Position numbers and translations under genes: made by a program
Assembly: GCA_964016885.1 (NCBI GenBank)
Contig: OZ024752.1
Coordinates: 10,230,001 to 10,294,000 of the forward strand
Reading direction: 5' to 3'
Origin: Eledone cirrhosa
Taxonomy: Eukaryota
Length of the DNA: 64,000 bases
Shown: positions 43,026 to 57,261 of the stretch, in pieces
Layout of the letters: the number at the start of each line of letters is the position of its first letter
Position numbering within the stretch: the first letter of the stretch is position 1
The notes under the pieces: model-generated
What the model was told of the DNA's origin: nothing
The model's database searches: none
What the model saw: only the letters and a program-made list of their open reading frames with translations

Positions 43026-43468
43026 GATATTAAATGGAAATTAAATTTATAAAACCATATTTATTTCATTATACATATTTCAAGGACACCAAGTTAAATT
43101 ATGGTGTGCTTTCATCAGATAAAATATAATATAGAGCAGTTTTATAAATAAATATTGACATACCCTTAAAGAATGCAACCATTACTGTTGGAAGCTCCCG
43201 GGATCTTCCAACAGTAATGGCTGCATTCTTTAAGGGTATGTCAATATTTATTTATAAAACTGCTCTATATTATATTTTATCTGATGAAAGCACACCATAA
43301 TTTAACTTAGTGTCCTTGAAACATGTATAATGAAATAAATATGCTTTTATAAATATAGTTTCCATTTGTTAATATCGTATTGTTACTCCAATTATTTGTT
43401 CAGTGCTTTATATCAGTTATAAAATATATTTGCTTGTTGTATCCCAACAATTTAAATACAACTTTTAC
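43022..43468. mobile_element. Loopless palindrome of about 360 bp plus a roughly 88-nt tail (Penelope-type fold-back)
   Basis: Symmetry axis at 43199/43200 (TCCC|GGGA); arms span 43022-43380. Confidence 0.88.
43271..43337 (+). ncRNA. Minimal type-I hammerhead (mirror copy at 43062-43128, minus strand)
   Basis: CTGATGA at 43281, helix II AAGcACACCA/TGGTGTcCTT (intact in the mirror copy), GAAA at 43318, AYATGTAT-A, helix I TATTTTAT/ATGAAATA. Confidence 0.8.
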
Positions 43469-43601
43469 ATATATATATACACACACAAACATAAATATAT
43501 ATATAAATATATACACACACACAAACATAAATATATATATAAATATATACACACACACAAACAAAGAAATATATATACAAATATATATATACACACAAAC
43601 A

Positions 43602-43657
<56 letters not shown>

Positions 43658-44572
43658 AACACACACACACACACACACACATGTACATATTTGTAAATCC
43701 CTTTTCACATATAGGAAGCCTTGTTTACCATACTATTTTCATGTTTATAGAAGACATTTTTCTATACTGATCGACCATTGTACGGACACGCTATTTTTTG
43801 TTTGTGTTTCAAATATTAGATTTACTAGCAGAAAAACAACCCTTCCGGTGGTATCTGCTGGCATGAGTAAGGTGTATATTGATATTATACGCAAATATAT
43901 ATGTATGTAGATATGATACGTCAAATAAAATCGTAATTGCTAATGTCCACAGAAATTGAAGAGAGACTGTTACACTGTATTCTGTAATGAGTAAATAATC
44001 CATGATACATTAAAATACATCGTAATGCAGGTTATATATTACATATATAACCTGCATTACGATGAAATGTAGTGTAAAACCAAACGGATAACATTAGTGA
44101 CAAAAATATAAACAATTCTAGTCCTCTAGAAAACATTTAACTTTTGTTCTACATACATATATACAACCTATAAAAGGTATTTAATTACCGACCGAGATCT
44201 GTGCTCAACATCCTGGTTGAAGCAAGTAAATGTAAATGAAAAAAAAAATACCTTTGATATGCTGTATATAATTGATTCTGGTGATTTCTCTACAAATGGA
44301 TTGAAAAGAATATTTTTCGGGTCATGAAACATATGTAAACTAAATAAATAATGTAGTAATGTTTAAATCAGCTCCATTCCTTGCTTTATCGATGCAAATA
44401 TATGAACGTGTATATAGGCGATATGATATAGTGTACATTATATCATAACCGGAAGTATTGACATTTGAACATTTTAAAAGAAGTGAATCTTAAAATAAGC
44501 AATCATTATATATAAATATAGTCATGTTTACATAACTTATGTAATATTCATTCATTATTTATTGAAAGTAAT

Positions 44573-44753
44573 GGTGAGTGGATTGGCTGTATCGGTAGAG
44601 GGTCGTACGTCATGTATCGAGTTACGACCCTTGCCATTCTGAGTTCAAATCCCTCCGAGGTTAACTTTGCCTTTCATCCTTACGGGTCGATAAAATAAAG
44701 TACCAGTAATGCACTGGGTTTTGCTGGCCTTGTGCCAAAATTAGAAACAATTA
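44573..44753 (+). mobile_element. SINE family 1
   Basis: Full length; TTTATTGAAAGTAAT duplicated on the flanks. Confidence 0.92.
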
Positions 44754-45014
44754 TTTATTGAAAGTAATCTAACTTATTTTTCTAACGGAATAAAAAAAAA
44801 AATATTCAGTACACAATCCCGCACTCCTTCCTTTGTTATATTATAATAGGAAAATAGCGCAGATCTTCTTCATATATTTTTCTTCTATGCGAAGTAAATC
44901 TACTAATGTTGCTGTAAAGCATGCGTTTAGAATCGAAGCAAATTACTTTTTATTGTAAAATCATTTAATCTTTACTTCTACAAAATACTTCAACAATGCT
45001 GGTATATTCATGGC

Positions 45015-45515
45015 CTGCGTCTCTACCACTCTCCCTATATCTCACTATTATAAGTAAATGGAGGCCCACATGCTGGCCGCCCCTTTCCCAGTCGGACAGA
45101 ATAGAGAAGGCGTTTTCCCGAAGGATGGTGATGGGGACCCGCTGGAAGAGCCATTCACGCTCGTTAGGGTCATACCTGCGTGCAGCCAACCCCGTACTGA
45201 TTGTGGTGTGTAGGGAGGAGTTCCAAAGGCCAAGACTCTAGAGGCCTTCACTGCTACTGGCATGACCGCAAACCTATCGTAGAGCTGCTAAAGTCTCTGA
45301 CTGTCTCTCACTCTTCCCATCTGTCATTAATATAAGTAATCCGGGGCCCAAACGCTGGCCGCCTCTTTCCCCGTCGGACAGAATAGTAAAGGAATTTCCC
45401 CGGATGGTGAGGAAGACGTGTTGGAAGAATCATTCCATCTCGCTAGGCTCACACCTGCGTGTAGCCAACTCCGTGCCTATGGTGCTGAGTAAGGAGCTGC
45501 TCCTAGGGCCAAATA
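45015..45515 (-). mobile_element. Two tandem CRE-like family A 3' fragments
   Basis: AARRYDPNEREWLFQRVPITILRENAFSILS; second copy at about 45300-45515. Confidence 0.78.
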
Positions 45516-45674
45516 CATCAGTTAATAGTTGTGTGGTAATGATTATTTGTGACAGTATAATATAGAAATTACAGAGTTTTGCGGGACAGTATAAAATAAA
45601 ATAAATATAACACTGTGTAATACCAAAGACGAAAATATTTCTGTTCTATCGAATGATACACGCATTATTATTAT

Positions 45675-46312
45675 TATTTGTAGAGATAGACTGATTATTG
45701 TGTAGTATATTTTAGTAAGGCGTACGACTCACAAATTTGTATATTTTGTGGTGAACTATTACAGTATGCTAGAATTTTACTGAAAGTTAATGTCATAGTA
45801 AAAATATAAATGTGTTTTAGAATAAACCAACTTCATCATTCGTTGCTTTATCATCATAACACCAATACGTCTATAGAATGATAGGCATGTTATTCTTGTT
45901 TGTAGGGACAATTTATTTTGATGTATATTTGTGTAAAGCGTATGGCTCACACCTCTGTATATTTTGGGGCGAACTATTAGAATGTGTTAGAATTTTACTG
46001 AAACTTAACGTGATAGTAGAAATAACAAGTTATAGAATAAACCAACTTCATTCCTTGCTTTATCATCATAACACCCATACGTATATAGATTGATAGGCAT
46101 GTTGTTGTTATTGTTTGTAGAGATAGACAGTGTATTTTGATGTATATTTGTGTAAAGCGTACAGCTCACAATTCTGTATATTTTGGGGGTGAACATTTTT
46201 GAATATACTAGAATTTTACTGAAAGTTAGCGTAATAGTAAAAATAAAAATGTATTATAAAGTAAATCAACTTCTTTATTCCCCTTCTTTATCATCATAAC
46301 ACCAATACGTCT
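45675..46312. repeat. About 230-bp tandem repeat, roughly 2.7 copies
   Basis: TAGAATTTTACTGAAA and CTTTATCATCATAACACC each recur three times. Confidence 0.85.
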
Positions 46313-47603
46313 GATTTTACTTCATCCTTTCATAAATTTAGAATATCTTCCAAGAGCAACAGAGCATTATAATATGATTTCTGTAGTATTTGTATAGTTA
46401 GTAATGCCAGTATTATTTTATATTTAGACATGAATCAATATTTATTGATTTATCGCTAAAATTATGCATAGTGTTTCGATGTACATATAGCCTTCGACAA
46501 ATATGTTTGCTATTATATTTCTGACACATTCTACTACTTTAATCTACATTTCACAATGTGTAAAAAGCAAAACTTCTTCAAATTGGCACAAAACTAAATG
46601 TGATTTTTCCTCTGGGAAATAATATCTAAACTTATCTGAAATAAATGTTTTATGTTTCATATTATCAATCAATGTTTTTCCCGCTGCCTTTCTTGGTCGT
46701 AGATAGACTTGAGTTGTTGAGTTTATTGTAATATATATATATATACACACACACACACACGCTTATACAGATATATATATACACACACACACACATATAC
46801 AGATATATACACACACACATATACAGATATATATACACACACACACATACACACACACATATACAGATATATATATATACACACACACACATATATATAT
46901 ATATATAAACACAAACACGGGTGATAGACAATTTTCTGTGAAAAGGGCGTAAAATACCGATACACAATAATAATTTAAAACATGTAAATATAACTTCAAC
47001 GTCCTTATTAACATATGTCTAAGCAAGCCTCTGTATTGAGTGCTTGTTTTGGAAATACCACCAGTAATTCAGAAACTCACACACATATCTATGCACCCCA
47101 GTAAATTCACTGAAAGGTGGGTGAGTGTGGAGAAAAGTGTCCGAGTGAATGTGCCTTCTCTGTATATAAACATGTAGGTTGAGGAAGACGAAAAGAGGGA
47201 AGACGGGAACACCTACAAAACATGCTTCTGCTGATGAGGGTTATTCTTTCTACGGGGTGTAAAGCAACACCGCAGTAACGTTACCCCCTGCTGGGATTTC
47301 GATTTATTTTATATATATATATTTTATTATTATTTATTAATGTTAAAGTTATGATTTATTTCCTGCAAAACCCTGCCGTCACGTCTTGTAATGTCCCATT
47401 TTTTTTAATAAAGAAATATATCCATCTCTCTCTCTTACTATATATATATACTTGATCAACTATCCGTATTTATTGATCCTCACAATCGACGTATAAATAA
47501 GAATTGTATCAAAATTTAGAGACGATTCTATGTTTACATAACTCAATTATTATATATATCATTTATAATGTATATTTCAGATTTATTACACTGTATAATG
47601 TGT

Positions 47604-47660
<57 letters not shown>

Positions 47661-47662
47661 TA

Positions 47663-49556
47663 ATATTAAGGATACCATTTATGGTTATGTTTATACTAAA
47701 ACTTTTTATAGTTATATATATTTTAAACCCTAAACAGTGAAGGTCAGTAATTTATTACTACCTTATTACCAGTAAGATAAATAGCTCAATGTAATTACAT
47801 CAGTTGTTCTACAGAGCAGTTATATAGAATTCACAAGAATCAAAGCTATGTTCAAAGCATTTATTCACTTAAAATTGTTTCATCCAAACCTAGGCTTGGA
47901 GTCTTCGGAGCATTTTTCAATGTTTGTACACATGATTGACCTCCTTTCCAACGCAAGAGACATACAGATACATATGTATATATTGATGTACAGTTTAGTG
48001 ACATATATTATCTTATTTCCGTATAGCAATTCAAATTCAAAGTCAAAATCAATATTAAAATTAAAACAAAATTAAAATACATTCGGCAGTTAACATAGAG
48101 AATGCAAGAGGTTAGTTTGTTAGTCAGGTGTATTAGTTATTGTATGCGTTAGTTACGTGTGTCTCATTTATATATGATTATTGTGAGGCAGGTGTTACAT
48201 GTAATACAAGCACTTTACGTGGGTAAGTAAGAGTATTATGGAGGTTGTAGTGGTAAGGTATTTTTTGTATATAATAAAAAAAGAATGTGTGCAGAAAAAT
48301 ATAAATAGAAAGGAGAAGCAAAAGAAAGTTATGGTTTTCGTATCCACCACCATTTTCACATTCAGGAAATGTAATATATAGTTTATACATCCATCACATA
48401 ATTAACGATGATTCCGTATTGGATGTTTGATGCATTAAATTAAATTATTTTAACTTATTGCGGCTCAGTGTTCTTTAATCCAATTTTATAGGGTAGGTTG
48501 TTTCTGCTGCGAGAATTTACATCGGTTTATTATCCGGAAGTATGTGTGTAATTAAGGGGGGGGGGTTAATGCGTAAGGGGAGGTAACTAGCTGATTTCCA
48601 TAACTAAACTATTTTTTCTAACATACATTATAAGGTGTCTCAATAGAGTCCCTTATATAGACGGTTATCTATTTATATTCAGTTTCCAATTTTAAACACA
48701 GTCTACTCTATCATGATGTACTAAAGGTATTTATATTAGGATGATTACTCCCTATCATAGAGTGCTACAACTGATTATTCCATACAAAGAGCCATATCTT
48801 TATATCAAAGTTCCTTGCAAATGTAGTCTACTCACAGAACATGTCAGGGGACCTATTAGTACTATGTCTACTTAACCCCTGGTAAGTTCTGGAGCAGCGT
48901 ATGGCTGTCTGCATGGCAAAGCCAAATACATCTCTATGGCAGACAAAAACATCCCTCATTTACAATGTCATTAATCTATCCATCAAGTTGTACTTGCTAA
49001 TATAACTCACTTACCATTCATACATAATTCATTGCACTCAACATATAGGTTATACAGATCTCTTATGTTAATAAATTAATCTTATATATATCCAATGTTA
49101 TCACTCCATACATACAAATACATTTGCATAAATAATTCATTGTCGAATTTGGTGTTTAAAGCTTACATAGACTGTATTGTATATACCCATGTAAAGTGCT
49201 TGTATTACATGTAACACCCTGCCACACAATAATCATATATAAATGAGACATACGTAACTAACGCATACAATAACTAATACACCTGACTAACAAACTATCC
49301 TCTTCCATTATCTATGTTAACTGCCGAATGTATCTTAATTTTGTTTTAATTTTAATATTGATTTTGACTTTGAATTGCTATACGGAAATAATATAATATA
49401 TGTCACTCCACTGTACATCAATATATACATATGTATGTCTCTTGCGTTGGAAAGGTCAATGTGTACAAACATTGAAAAATGCTCCGAAGACTCCAAGCCT
49501 AGGATTGGATGAAACAATTGTAAGGGAATAAATGCTTTGAACATAGCTTTGATTCT

Positions 49557-49565
<9 letters not shown>
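47663..49565. mobile_element. Long fold-back element: about 380-bp arms (47828-48217 and 49194-49565), about 1-kb spacer, tail 47663-47827
   Basis: Arms are reverse complements (duplicated MFKAFI.. ORFs); microsatellites at both ends; CCGAAGA..GAAACAATTGTA hammerhead-like motif at 49484-49522. Confidence 0.8.
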
Positions 49566-49612
<47 letters not shown>

Positions 49613-50631
49613 GTAGATAAATCTACTAAAATAAACGGTAGTGTCCAATCTGTATGAAGAACTCAATGTAATCCAAATTTAGAAGATATCATGAAAAGAG
49701 AAAGTGCATTCAAAATTTAACGATAAAAATCATAGGAAAACATTCAAGATAAATTAATAAAAACAATGAAATAAAAACAAAGAGCAGGTTCTTTATATTG
49801 AAAGAATCACCATTTTACGATCGTTTCTGGGATATATATGTGTGTGTTGGTATGTATATCATATTAAAGATCTATGTAAACAAATATTACAAATTATCAG
49901 AGGAGATATACATACCTTCACCTAAATATGCCATCTTCAGAAATGATGAAGTATGTTCATTGAAAGAAACAAAGTATTAATACAAAAGTCTGTTTGGGAA
50001 CAGGTTTTGAGTTGACCAATAGAAAAGAGTTAGAGGTCAAGTTAATAGAATAACAGTAGTAGAACCTTTTGCTAGGAGTGGAGGAAATTAAATTTATGCT
50101 TTGAATGAAAAGAATACTATGGGGAAGAGAAAGATAGGGTTTAAAATGAGGTCAAGTCAATGAGATAGTGAAGGATTCCTCCAAAACAATTGCTGTTATT
50201 AAAGAATGTTAAAAGTGAAGGGAAAATAATTTGTTTGTGGAATGAGAGTGTTAGTGAGAAATACTACTCCTGTTTAAATTTCAAGGAACCTAGATACATA
50301 AAATGAAATTAAATTTATTGATAGGTATACTTACAGAGTTAAAATTATATTAATTCTTATGAATAAGATAAGTAAAGAAGTAAAAAAATAAAAAAATAAA
50401 AATATATATAGAATGACTGAAATAGATAAAATGTTATAAAAAGTAGTGTATCTATCTAAACATCCATAATATTAAATATATTAATTATATTTACTAATCC
50501 TAGGTATTAAATGTGATAGATAGGCAATGCTGTTAAAAGAAGTAGTGAGGTTAAAGATAACTTTAGGTAAAGCAAGCTGCAAGAGGGAAATAAAATTATG
50601 AAATTCTTTGTAGTAAATATCTAATTATAGG

Positions 50632-51860
50632 TTAACTAAAATAAAAAAAAATAAAAATGTTTTTAATTAATTTTAATAATTTGTAAAATATAAGAGTGAG
50701 GTATATATTAATTACGTTTATAATATTTGAAGGTTTTCTATGATTGCATGATATAAATAACTCCTGTCGCTTATTTAATAGGATATCATTAGATTTCATG
50801 ATTTCAAATAGTTCTTGGGAGCATAACCTACACTTATATCTGCTATTTTGATAAGGGGTGGCCGTTTTGAGCACGCTCCAGGTCAGGTTGTAATCAATAT
50901 CCTTCTTTCTATAATTATTAATTGCTTCAGCCAAGGAGGTTGTATTAGCTAATGCGGCAATTTTAAAGCTGTTTGCGGGTATTAAATCTTACTTTAAATT
51001 GGTTAGACGTAGCTCCTATATATGAATAAGTGGAGTCCTTAGTGCTAATTTTACATTTATAGACTATGTTATTAATAAGACAATAGGGCGGTGGATTGGC
51101 AGTATCGGTAGAGGGTCGGACGCCATGCTTTCCAGCATAGTTACGTCCCTTTACGATCTGAGTTCAAATCCCGCCGAGGTTGACTTTGCCTTTCATCCTT
51201 ACGGGGTCGATAAAATAAAGTACCAGTAATGTACTGGGTAATTGCTGGCCTTGTGCCTAAAGTAGAAACAGTTATTAATAAGACAATTTCCCTTTAATGG
51301 GCAATTTATTTTGATTCGACAGTTACAGCCGTAAATATTGTATCAGGAGAGTTAATTGTGTTATCTATAGTGGTATTTGTGTTATTATTTTCATTAATGT
51401 ATGATTTAGATGGGTTGTAATTAGATTAGTATGGTTAGACAGGTTGTTGGTGGGTGATAGTTTAGAGGATGTGGCGCTAGTGGAGTTATGTTTGTTTTGG
51501 AGGTTATTAGTCAACATTGGTGATTAGTCAAAATAGGTGAAGAAGAAGGTGGTTTGTTTTTGTTTTCTTTAGTATTATTATGGTTGGTTTCATGTATTGG
51601 TGGTATATTTATGGTTTTTTTACACTTATACGTGTTGTAAGTACTTATATTGTGTTGTAAATTATTGATAGTGGAGTAGGAAAATTTGACAGTAGCTCTA
51701 TTTAAAATGTAATGGTATTTATGGTTTGGTGGGAAATTTTTCTCTAGGATATCAAAGAATTTTTTAGGGATATGGTCTTTAATCTGTAGATTAAATGGAG
51801 CATTATACCAAGTAACCCGTCTATTACGGTTTCTACATTGTTTCTTATATTTATGTGATG
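50632..51860 (-). pseudogene. Second Penelope-like element ORF 3' part, interrupted by a SINE
   Basis: RRVTWYNAPF..KFFDILEKNFPPNH..ILNRATVKFSYS, GCNCRIKINCPLKGNCL, IVYKCKI..YIGATSNQFKVRF, CRLCSQE..LLNKRQELFISCNHR. Confidence 0.92.
51085..51270 (+). mobile_element. SINE family 1, full length, 17-bp target-site duplication
   Basis: GTTATTAATAAGACAAT at 51068-51084 and 51271-51287. Confidence 0.95.
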
Positions 51861-53799
51861 TATCAGGGGTTTACTGAGAGAGTTACTATTAGTGATGTTA
51901 TTATAAATAGGTTTAGTTATATATATACCAGGTAACTAACGTTTTCGTTGCCTTCATCTTATCGCCTTTTTAGCCTTATTACATATATCACTCTCCTCAT
52001 TATACATTATATATTATATACAATGCTTCAGGTAAACTACAACGTTTTATTATTAATAGTAAATATATATGGCAGAACTTCTGCATATTTCGTAATAAGT
52101 TCTCCCCATCTATCCCCGATGAGGGGAATTCATCTGGGGTGCGCCTCTATATGAGGAGAGGTATTCAGGATAGGTGGAAAGAATACATTGCTGATCGCCT
52201 GCATACGTTCAAAACAGCATCTAATGTATATGAGGTGCCTTTAGGGGCGACGATATGTTGGAGTTGGTTTGGTATAATAAGAGAAGGTAGGTAGGTAGGT
52301 AGGTAGAGGGAAAATAAAAACTCGGAAACTTCAAAACTGTGTTACTAACTACCATTATCAAGCATTACCCAGCATTTATCTCTGCTGATAAAACTAGAGT
52401 AATGGCCGAAATAATACTATCAAGAATATAAGCGACCGAAATTGTTGCTTTTAAAGTATGTCATCTTTTCATATTTATAAATCTATTTATTTACACACTA
52501 ACTTATAATGTTCAATATATGCATACGTTACCTATTTTCAAATCATGTTAACTATCCGTGCATTATTCATACTTATTGGTGCTCTTTATAGTCTTTGAAA
52601 ATCAATCTAGTACCATGGATTAATATATATATATATATATATGTATATATATTAAACGATATTTATTGATTTCATATTGTAGAGTAGTTTATACGATATA
52701 ACTTTCCATCTTTATCTACTAACAGATATATCTATAAAGACTTAAATTTCGAAAATAGCACAATGCAATGATTTTAATATACTTTCTCTAAGTTTTCATA
52801 TTTCTAACAACGAGATTGGTTCGATAAATATATTTGTATCTGGATCATTATATACAGCGTTGCTCTTAATGTATAACCTTTACATACTTATGAATATATA
52901 TGTACTTACACAAACATGTTAAATATATACATGTTTCATATTTACGAAAGTGTTGCTTACTCATTAATATATTTCTTCAATAACATTTTACTTATATATT
53001 TGTATCAGAAATATATTTTTGATTGCGTTTGAAGATTTTATGACTCAATTTACTTCTAAAATTTTCTTGAATATGAAAAATACGACACGCATGATTAGTG
53101 AAAACTAAAATTACACATCTGTTCACTTGCATTCATCTATGTTTATAATCATGTGACGATATAATAATGAAGGAATTACTACACTACCTTTCACTCCCAG
53201 AGCTTGTTCTTTTTTTATTTGTTCACAGAATCTAATATTTCAAATTAAGAGCGTCAGATTTAATATCTCTCTGATTTCTTTCATCGTTCAAAGTTTAGAT
53301 TTCTAAACATCTAGTTAGATATATGACAATTTCTTCATGTTTTCCTTCTTGAAAGCAATAATTTAATTTTCTTGAGTATTTAGCAGCTTCTCTTATTTTT
53401 TTTTGTTTTATAATCATCGTTATCGTTTTTTTTTGTTTTTATTTTTTGCTTTAAATATCAACTTACACGAATGAATACCTTTTTGACGTAACTATTTAAA
53501 TGTTTATATTAATCAAATGTTGGTTTACCTTGACTTTACAGACGTTACGTTTTACCATATTATATAAAATAATATACAACTAATTTCATCTTAAATAACT
53601 TATAACAATTTACCTGAAATGTAACATTAATCCATTTATATAAAATATATATTTAAGAGACTAAAACCCTGACAAACAAGAAATAAAGAACAGCAAAATT
53701 CTTCATCTCACTCAGCATCATCATTTTCATCATCATCCTCATTGCCTTCATTATCTCTTTCATTATCTATTTAATCCCCACCATCTCCTCCTCCTTTGT

Positions 53800-54840
53800 C
53801 AACGTATTCCCAAGAGGGTCAAGGGGTCAGCGTCCTAAAATATTCCATCCAGTGGGTCCTGTTAGAAGCAACCGTCTCCAACTGATTCGGCTGGATCCCC
53901 TAACGTGAGTAGCCTAACTCGTGGATGTTATCCAACTATCTTCCTCGGGGTTTACCCCTGGGTCTTTTACCTGTTGGTTTTGTCCGTAAAATCTGTCCAG
54001 CAATTCTTTCCTGAGACATTCTAACCACATGCCCTCAGTATCGGAGCTATGACCTCTGAATTTGAAGATGCAGCGTCACGACCTTGAGTGACTGATCTCC
54101 GAGCTACGCCCTTTAGCCTGTAACGTTATTCCAAAGACCCTTCGGAGAAATCCCATTTTGGCCGCTTGCATTCGTGATCCAAATCCTTCGGTCATTACTC
54201 AAGTTTTATGACCATAGGTAAAACTTGGCATGAATAACAAATTGAAGATAGAGAGTTTGGCTTTCATGCCTGCCTCGCTTCTGCTTACTGGATGTCGAAG
54301 CTGGCTCATTACTGCACGCCCCAGCCTGCAATTCTTGCGCTTAATTCAACCCGCTGCCTTCCATCACTCGTGAAAGCGGTCCCACGGTACTTGAACTTAT
54401 CTACCTGATTCAGGTAGATAAGTTATGTATATGTAGAGTTTACTGCACAGGTTACCTCGAGATGACGAGCGTGTCAGGTTTAAGAGCACTGATTTTCAAT
54501 CATACCTTGCAGCACTCGGCATCAAAGTTATCGAGTGCAAGTTGGAAATCAACTTCTGTTGAGTTAAGTAACATCATATCTTCTGCAAATTACAGCCAAT
54601 TGTTATCGTAAAGTGTTATCGCAAAGTGTTATCGCAAAGTGCTATAGTAACCGGCGGGTGATTTTTCACCCACCGGTTACGATAACACTTCCAACGTGGC
54701 AGCGCATGTCAATCTTGTTCATGTAAATTAACAGGAGAAGTGACAATACAACTTCCGCATTGAATGACCTCTAGTTAGCACCATTTATCCGAACATAGAT
54801 ACTTGGGCATTCGTATAGAGACATTAGGACAGCATGAAGC
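53800..54840 (-). mobile_element. RTE-clade LINE 3' portion (decayed)
   Basis: QVDKFKY, TYGHKT*VMT..RMQAAKMGFLRRV, GHVVRMSQERI..GKRPRGKPR; followed by a (GAG/GAT)n tail. Confidence 0.88.
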
Positions 54841-55021
54841 TGACCGTTCACTCACTCACACTCGTGAGAGACAGTATTTCAGCAAATAATGGCTGACGTA
54901 GAAAGCAAGTGGAGAATCCATTTGTCAAATTTGCACATTCAAATGCAAATGAGGATGATAAAAATAGTCGAGGGCAGTAATTAAAAGATTCAAGCAAAAT
55001 AACCACAAGATAGCGGCGTAA

Positions 55022-55562
55022 CGAGGGTGTGCAACATATTCCACTGGCGGGCCAGTTCTGAACATTGGATCAACTATTACGGCCATTAATATTTATTGAG
55101 CACTATTCCAAAGATTCACCACAACTTCTTTCCATAAAACGGAACTGGGAAATTAAAACACACAACCCTATCAGAACAACTATTAGAGCCATTAATATTT
55201 ATTGAGCACTATTCCGAAGATTCACAACTTCTTTCCATCACATGGAACTGGGAAAATATAACACACATAACCCTATCAGAACAACTATTAGGGCCATTAA
55301 TATTTATTAAGCACTATTCCAAGGATTCACCACAACTTCTTTCCATAACATGGAACTGGGAAATTATAACACACACAACCCTATCAGTGAAGCCCTTTAG
55401 TATAGGTCAATTAACAGAAAATTGTATTATGGTTACGAAAAAAATTCTAAATAAGCCTAAAAGGTAAAAAATAAAAAAAACAGTTATCGTGGGGCACTCT
55501 AGCTGTTCTGGCGGAGGGGGGAGGGGGATTGTGGCCCGCGGGCCACCTGTTGCACGCCCTTG
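55022..55562 (-). mobile_element. hAT-like MITE containing about three 115-bp tandem units
   Basis: Terminal inverted repeats AGGGYGTGCAAC, subterminal GGCCCGC motifs, internal repeat 55070-55386. No clear target-site duplication. Confidence 0.6.
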
Positions 55563-56459
55563 CTTTAAACAATAATCTAAGGAGCCGCTCTCCATCGTGT
55601 ACGAATATGTGTATATTTAGATGTTTGTAGCCATAGCACCAACGCAATTTAAAATGCCTGTTTATGATCAATAAACATTGTATATGCGTTAATATATACA
55701 TCCATTCTCTTTGAAATTGTTTATACGTTTCAGATATTGACTTAGTATCCGTCGCATTTGTTTGCATCTCGTAACCATTAAATTGGATATTAAGACAATT
55801 ATTAGACACTAAAATTATGGTGTGCAATTTCGATAAAGATTATCATCTCACAAACATTATTGATCAGAGATGAAATATGCGAACAAAATTTCATAACAAA
55901 ACGGGAAATAGAGAATAGAGAATGTACGTGAAATAACTTCTCAAAGCAATATTGTTAATCTATTCTAAAACATATTAATTGAGCTTCCATGAAAGCGCGT
56001 GATGAAGTATATAAACGAAACAACAATCCTAAAACCACCATACGTCGAAAAATGCCCCTGATGGGTATTTCGGGTTCATATTTACCATTTACATGAACAC
56101 TAAGCATTGTTTATTTCCATAATAATATACGAAATTAATTTTTCCTCTAATTCCCCTAATCCCAATTTTATTGCATCTTAAATGATAAATCACCCCAGTC
56201 ATATTCTAATCCAACATTTTGCTGACAATAAATTCACCCTCAGTTATACTTTAACCGGCATCACTATGTTCTTAAGTTTATTGATTTCACTGTCTAAAGT
56301 GTCAAGCAGGGGGTCGTTTGATAATCCCTAATGTTCATTTATAATTAAATCCTAACTTATCCTATATTTTATTGGTATTATAACAGCTTATGTTCAGGCA
56401 AAAATGAAATATTAGTTTTCAAATCGATGACTTTCAAAACCGAAGACAACTTAGTGGTA

Positions 56460-56509
<50 letters not shown>

Positions 56510-56712
56510 CAGCGCGATCGTATTTTGGCGGGGCCAAAAGCAAAACGAAACCCAATCCTCGAGATATGCGCTAGCGCTCAAATGGACTAAAAAAGGCCAG
56601 AGCAATTAACATACTTTATAAAGGCCAGATAAAATGAAAGCAGTTGTCGAGAGGCCACCAGCCCCCGGAGCCCAAAAATGAAGCAAGCTAAACAGGTTAA
56701 CAAAGGAATTTA

Positions 56713-56751
<39 letters not shown>

Positions 56752-56912
56752 CTTTCGTATACTGTACCAATTGTGTTGTCATTTCTGTTAACCTTTTACA
56801 CACACACATTATATATATATATATAATTATGGATTGAGGGAGGAGAGACTGTGTGGTTACTGATAACGAGTCCTAGAATGTAAGACGACACATACAAGAG
56901 ATGGACACTTTC

Positions 56913-56965
<53 letters not shown>

Positions 56966-56977
56966 ATATATATATAT

Positions 56978-57198
56978 AGTATTGAGCCGTTTCCAGCCTC
57001 TGCTCTTCTCTCTTCGCTGTAGCCCAAGTTTCACTGCCATATAACATTGTAGGTAAAACTGTGCTATTGAAGTGGTTGGCACGGGTGGTGTTGTCCAACC
57101 TCCCCTTGAGCACATCCCTTATGCAGTTGAACGCCTTCCATCCGGCCCTTACTCTCCGCAAGATCCCCCTCTCAATGTCTCGGCGCGTGTTCACTTCT

Positions 57199-57203
<5 letters not shown>
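56978..57203 (-). mobile_element. RTE LINE fragment (inverted upstream half)
   Basis: RRVRAGWKAF..FNSTVLPTMLYGSETW..EEQRLETAQ. Confidence 0.9.
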
Positions 57204-57247
<44 letters not shown>

Positions 57248-57261
57248 GTATATATATGCAC

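Noticed and set aside
47848-48075. Duplicated MFKAFI ORFs (also 49335-49544)
   Set aside because: By-product of the inverted arms, with no protein features.
52110-52430. CCGATGA and CTGATAA..GAAA motifs, plus CTGAAGA near 49935 on the minus strand
   Set aside because: Helices could not be completed, so they are too degenerate to call as hammerheads.
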